From Gammaproteobacteria bacterium (GTDB lineage Bacteria; Pseudomonadota; Gammaproteobacteria; SZUA-152), in assembly GCA_021647705.1 (NCBI GenBank), contig JAKIUF010000004.1:74878-138877 (forward strand): DNA of 64,000 nucleotides, given 5' to 3'. Under the pieces are notes generated by a model. It did no database searches. It worked only from the letters and a program-made list of their open reading frames with translations, and was not told where the DNA came from. Positions 59,692-64,000 of the stretch are shown here, in pieces (the first letter of the stretch is position 1; each line of letters starts with the position of its first letter). The translations under genes were made by a program, and so were the position numbers.

Positions 59692-61121
59692 TTCATCAAC
59701 TACGCCGTTTGCCTGATGGATTAAAACAGGCCATCCTTTACGGCACAAGCATTGCGCTGATGAAGGGAGTATCACTGCTGATGCTGCCATTTATTGCCTA
59801 CCATTTGTCACCAGAAGAATTCGGTCGGCTTGAGGTCATCAGCACCTTCGCCATTATCGGCAGTATCCTGGTAGGCATGGGCATGGAAAATACCTTATTC
59901 CGCTTTGCTGGAATGTCACGTAACGCCAAAGATCGTCAACGCCTGGCCGCAGAAATTTTTACCCTGACCTTGATTATCGGCAGTACCGCTTGGCTTATCG
60001 GATGGTTTGCAGCGGAATTAATCGCCAGCTGGATACCGGGCAACCCCAGTCCCTATGAACTGCGACTGGTAATCTCAATGCTTGCACTAGAAGGATGTAT
60101 TTCCATCCCGCTTGGCTGGCTGCGTATGCGTAACCGAGCGACCCATTTTTTTCTTGCCACAGTCGGGCGCGCGCTAGCTCAGGCATTACTTGTTGTTATT
60201 TTATTAAATCTCGACAGAGGCGTGGAAGGTGTGTTGGAAGCAGGCCTGATAGCCGCTGTAGTGCAAGCACTGATACTCAGCTATCTGCATATTCGTGATA
60301 CCGGATTCGGCCTTAGTCGCACAACAGGGGTTCGCACACTTATTTATAGCCTTCCCCTTGTCGGCAGTGGCCTAGTGGCGTTTGCATTGAATGGTTTGGA
60401 TCGCTGGATTCTAGCGGACTATGCCTCCTTGACCGATGTAGCCCAGTTCGCTGTCGCCGCTAAATTTGCATTAGCGGTGGTGTTACTGCTACAACCCTTT
60501 GGCATGTGGTGGTTACCACGCCGTTTTGAGGTCATTAATGAACCTGACGGACATAAAAAAGCTGCTCATTTTATTGCACTGGGCATTGTCCTGGCTTTGA
60601 TTATCACAGTATTAGTCGGCCTTAGCTCCCCTCTACTGATAAACTGGTTGCTGCCCGACAGCTATGCCACAGCCAGTCAATATGCAATCGGACTAGTACT
60701 GGTTATGTTGCTCAAGGAAATGGCCGAGATGATCAACCCAGGGTGTTTCATTGGCAAAACTACCGGCACCCAGCTGCTTATCAATACTATTGGGGCCATT
60801 GTCGGCATTGTCGGCATGCTCTGGTGGACACCTGATTATGCTGTATGGGGTATTATCTTTGCGCTGCTGTCAGCGCAAGCTCTCCGTCTGCTGTTATTCT
60901 TCATTGCCAGTCAATATTTTTTACCATTACCCTATCCCGCCCGCTCACTGCTGATAATAATGATAATCAGTAGTGGCTGGTTAGCGCTAGGTTCTCAGGT
61001 CTCTACTATTGGGCAACAACTGCTGCTTATTACAGCAGCGATGATTACCCTGTTAGCAACCTCCCTACTACTCAAACTTATCCCGCTACCTAAAATGGCA
61101 GCAAAAAAAGTGTTCTCGTGA
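59688..61121 (+). CDS. polysaccharide flippase (Wzx/MOP superfamily)
   Basis: 477 aa; about 12-14 TM helices; start overlaps the upstream GT stop. Confidence 0.75.
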   Translation: MIHQLRRLPDGLKQAILYGTSIALMKGVSLLMLPFIAYHLSPEEFGRLEVISTFAIIGSILVGMGMENTLFRFAGMSRNAKDRQRLAAEIFTLTLIIGSTAWLIGWFAAELIASWIPGNPSPYELRLVISMLALEGCISIPLGWLRMRNRATHFFLATVGRALAQALLVVILLNLDRGVEGVLEAGLIAAVVQALILSYLHIRDTGFGLSRTTGVRTLIYSLPLVGSGLVAFALNGLDRWILADYASLTDVAQFAVAAKFALAVVLLLQPFGMWWLPRRFEVINEPDGHKKAAHFIALGIVLALIITVLVGLSSPLLINWLLPDSYATASQYAIGLVLVMLLKEMAEMINPGCFIGKTTGTQLLINTIGAIVGIVGMLWWTPDYAVWGIIFALLSAQALRLLLFFIASQYFLPLPYPARSLLIIMIISSGWLALGSQVSTIGQQLLLITAAMITLLATSLLLKLIPLPKMAAKKVFS

Positions 61122-62533
61122 TGGTTTTGGGCACCCAATGCCGATCCACTCAGATACTGCTGACACTGATTTTATGTCTGTTGATCGGCATTTTATGGAA
61201 ATTAATCCCACATCCGGCTGTGGCTATTGCCATCGGTTTGTTTCCTATCGCAATATTATTCACACTACACCAGCCTTTCCTGATAGTTTTATTGTTTGTA
61301 ATTTTTTCCTTCTTCCGCATTCATGAAGTCTTTCCACAACTCTACGATTTAAAAATCCCCTTATTACTCTCCATAGCCTCACTGGGTGCATTAAGCTGGC
61401 ATATCGGGCTGACACAAAAAATTAAAGCCTGGTGGTGCCCGGAACTCTCTGCCATGTCAGTGTTCTTTGGACTGGTATTGCTTGGCACTTTAATGGCCAG
61501 CAACATCCCCATCGCCATAGAGTATTTCAAAAACATCTATTGGAAAATTATCGTAATGACCTTTGCCATCGCCTGGCTTGCCTCCACCGCCCAGGATTTT
61601 TCCCTAGCCTCTAAACTCATTACATTCTCCGGCATGCTGGTCGGCTTAGTCGCCCTTTCCAACAAGATTAATGGTATCGGCCTAGTGGAAGAAACACGAG
61701 TCACCATCGGTCGAAATATTGGCTCGGTTTTGGGTGATCCTAATGATCTGGCTCTGGTATTAATGCTACCTGTTGCCTTTGCTATCAGCTTGGTCATGAC
61801 AGACAGCATGGGACGCTTCACCAAATTCTTCGGTTTGTTCAGTATGCTGGTGCTTTTTTTTGCGATAATTGCTACTCAAAGTCGAGGAGGCCTTCTCGGC
61901 ATCATGGCAATATTCGGAGTTTACGGTTATCGTCGTATTCAATCCAAAGCACTGTTTTTCAGCTTTGCAGGGATAGCCGCCATTGCGCTTTTTGTACTTG
62001 CCGACATCTCAGGCCGTGCCTCGGGTGGTGCCGCAGAAACAGGCATTGATGCCTCATCCATGGGTCGCTTGTATGCCTGGGAAGCTGCATATGGGATGGC
62101 GCTGCACAACCCCTTTAGCGGTGTCGGCATTAATAATTTTTACGCTAACTATTTTTCCTACAGCCCGCATTGGGATGGACGCAATCATGCCGTACATAGT
62201 ACCTGGTTCGGCGTACTGGCCGAAACCGGTTTTCTGGGGCTCATCGTCTTTGTCACCGCCATCGTCATGCTGGTGAAAACATCTCTTCGTTCCCTGTATC
62301 GTATCGAACAAAACCTCAACCAGGTTGATCCCGCAATACATGCCACAGCACAAGCAGTACTGGCAGGCCTGTTAGGCACAGTGGTTTCCGCCACATTCCT
62401 GACTCAGGGGTTTACCTGGCCAATCTACATTCTTGCCGCGCTGGTGATAGCTATTGCTCGATGGGTGAATTTACATCTTCCTCCAATACCGGTAACAAAA
62501 TCGCCCCCACATAATATCAATCCTAATAGGTAA
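61118..62533 (+). CDS. O-antigen ligase / Wzy-like polymerase family membrane protein
   Basis: Multi-TM; IATQSRGGLLGIMAI and a periplasmic loop typical of the Wzy_C domain. Confidence 0.7.
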   Translation: MMVLGTQCRSTQILLTLILCLLIGILWKLIPHPAVAIAIGLFPIAILFTLHQPFLIVLLFVIFSFFRIHEVFPQLYDLKIPLLLSIASLGALSWHIGLTQKIKAWWCPELSAMSVFFGLVLLGTLMASNIPIAIEYFKNIYWKIIVMTFAIAWLASTAQDFSLASKLITFSGMLVGLVALSNKINGIGLVEETRVTIGRNIGSVLGDPNDLALVLMLPVAFAISLVMTDSMGRFTKFFGLFSMLVLFFAIIATQSRGGLLGIMAIFGVYGYRRIQSKALFFSFAGIAAIALFVLADISGRASGGAAETGIDASSMGRLYAWEAAYGMALHNPFSGVGINNFYANYFSYSPHWDGRNHAVHSTWFGVLAETGFLGLIVFVTAIVMLVKTSLRSLYRIEQNLNQVDPAIHATAQAVLAGLLGTVVSATFLTQGFTWPIYILAALVIAIARWVNLHLPPIPVTKSPPHNINPNR

Positions 62534-62539
62534 GGAAAT

Positions 62540-63487
62540 ATGCGTACCAACAAACAACCGTACACACAACCATTATCAATTCTGATCATCGATGATTCCA
62601 GCAGTGAGCGCATACTACTGGGAACCATATTGAGAAAACAAGGGCATGCGGTAACAGAAGCCGCTATTGGTCTTCAGGCACTTACGCTTCTCTCTGATCA
62701 ATCAAAAATATTTGATCTTATTTTTCTGGATGTTCGTATGCCGGGCATAGATGGTTATGAAACCGCACGGCGTATTCGTGCCATTGAAAAAGAACAATCC
62801 GAAGAATGGTGTCCAATTATTTTTCTCAGCGGACAAACCAATCCTGAAAATATTGCTGATGGTATTGCTGCTGGCGGTGATGATTATTTGGCAAAGCCCG
62901 TCAACTCCATTGTATTAAATTCCAAAATAGCCGCTATGCAACGTATTGCTGATATGCGACAACAACTGCTCATATCCAATCAACAGCTGGAAGTGCTGGC
63001 GCATACGGACGAGCTAACACAACTGCCGAACCGTCGCCATTTCCTTGGCATACTCGATTCCGAACTGGCGCGAGCGCGACGCCACAATACGCCACTCTCA
63101 ATTGCCTATATGGACCTGGATCATTTTAAAGAAATCAACGACACACACGGCCACGAAGCTGGAGATGCTGTATTATTGTCCGTTGCCAAAGTGCTTTCCA
63201 AAAACTTGCGTATCGAAGACAGTATAGGCCGTATTGGTGGTGAAGAATTTTGCATTTGTTTACCGGGTGCAGATACAGCCCATTCTTTAGAACCCTGTGA
63301 ACGATACCGCTCACTCATTGAACGTTTAAAAATCCCAATGTCTTCTCAAGTATTAACCGTAACGGCAAGCTTCGGGCTGACCAGTATTCTCCCTGATTCA
63401 GATGATTCCACTCGCCTGCTGGCACGCGCAGACGAAGCCCTTTATCAAGCCAAACAGCATGGGCGCAATTGCATCGAAGTTATTTAA
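62540..63487 (+). CDS. response regulator with GGDEF diguanylate cyclase domain
   Basis: REC (ILIIDDSSSE...IFLDVRMPG); GGEEF active-site motif RIGGEEFCI; RxxD-like I-site region. Confidence 0.85.
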   Translation: MRTNKQPYTQPLSILIIDDSSSERILLGTILRKQGHAVTEAAIGLQALTLLSDQSKIFDLIFLDVRMPGIDGYETARRIRAIEKEQSEEWCPIIFLSGQTNPENIADGIAAGGDDYLAKPVNSIVLNSKIAAMQRIADMRQQLLISNQQLEVLAHTDELTQLPNRRHFLGILDSELARARRHNTPLSIAYMDLDHFKEINDTHGHEAGDAVLLSVAKVLSKNLRIEDSIGRIGGEEFCICLPGADTAHSLEPCERYRSLIERLKIPMSSQVLTVTASFGLTSILPDSDDSTRLLARADEALYQAKQHGRNCIEVI

Positions 63488-63752
63488 GGAATGATTATCA
63501 ATTAAACCCACTCTTTAAAAACTTATTTGCAAAGCGCACAGCAGTTTGCAAATTATCCATTATTGCAACCCTCCCACCCCGAAAACAATCGGTAACTTAT
63601 TGTTTTTGTTGAGCTATTAAAACTGGCCCGTTCCCTGCAATACCTTTCGTGAATAAACACAAAATATACCGACATGGATGGATTTTCCGAAGTGCGCAAT
63701 GAACCATCAACTTCACAAATCCCGTTAGCATTGGGCCATTAATATGATAAAT

Positions 63753-64000
63753 ATCAGCCTGAACAAAACCAAACAATGGCTGAAGCGTAGCGAAACTCCC
63801 TTGGCAAAAGGGTTGTTCACACAACTCAAAAAAATAGGTCGATTCGAAATACCCGCGCCTCGACTTGCTGTTACACCCTTGTATTTTATTCACTGCTCCC
63901 TACGCACGCTGATCACAACATTGACTCGAATATTATGGTGGACACCTTTATTGAAAGGACGATGTGACAGTGTTGGCCATAATTTGAATCTTTTTGGCGG
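63753..64000 (+). CDS. partial ORF running off the window end (possible acyltransferase N-terminus)
   Basis: Open frame from the ATG at 63753 to the window end; weak similarity only. Confidence 0.25.
   Translation, partial: MSLNKTKQWLKRSETPLAKGLFTQLKKIGRFEIPAPRLAVTPLYFIHCSLRTLITTLTRILWWTPLLKGRCDSVGHNLNLFG

Noticed and set aside
63597-63893. ORF 63597..63893 (-) near the window end
   Set aside because: It overlaps the + strand partial ORF with acyltransferase-like character and has no motif. It was left unannotated.

Overview
This 64 kb window looks like a chromosomal segment of a Gram-negative bacterium, probably a gammaproteobacterium. The call rests on a conserved housekeeping core: nadA, aspS, kdsB-trm112-lpxK, msbA, exbBD, comEC and lolDE. 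The first ~9.5 kb are AT-rich and accessory-like. They hold a frameshifted IS5-family transposase, two RayT/COG1943-like transposase fragments, a Phd/YefM-PIN toxin-antitoxin pair, and small orphan genes. An ABC-type (AAA_21) ATPase followed by a DUF4276 protein forms a likely defence islet at 18.6-20.4 kb. The 3' third (37-63.5 kb) is a polysaccharide locus: GT4 transferases, a Wza-like export protein with five SLBB repeats, a degenerate BY-kinase-like ATPase, a Wzx flippase, a Wzy/O-antigen-ligase-like protein and an epimerase. Regulators are interleaved with it: a STAS protein and an anti-sigma-kinase/REC/PP2C protein that look like a partner-switching module, two paralogous hybrid histidine kinases with Hpt domains, a single-domain receiver, a sigma54-dependent NtrC-family regulator with three candidate -24/-12 promoters, and a GGDEF response regulator. 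A MITE-like repeat family with TTAAATGTGAATTAAG terminal inverted repeats occurs at eight or more sites, always at gene boundaries. REP-like GTAGGGTGG hairpin doublets occur at three sites. A 10-bp tandem duplication appears to split a rhomboid-TPR gene into two ORFs. No rRNA, tRNA or CRISPR array was recognised by eye.
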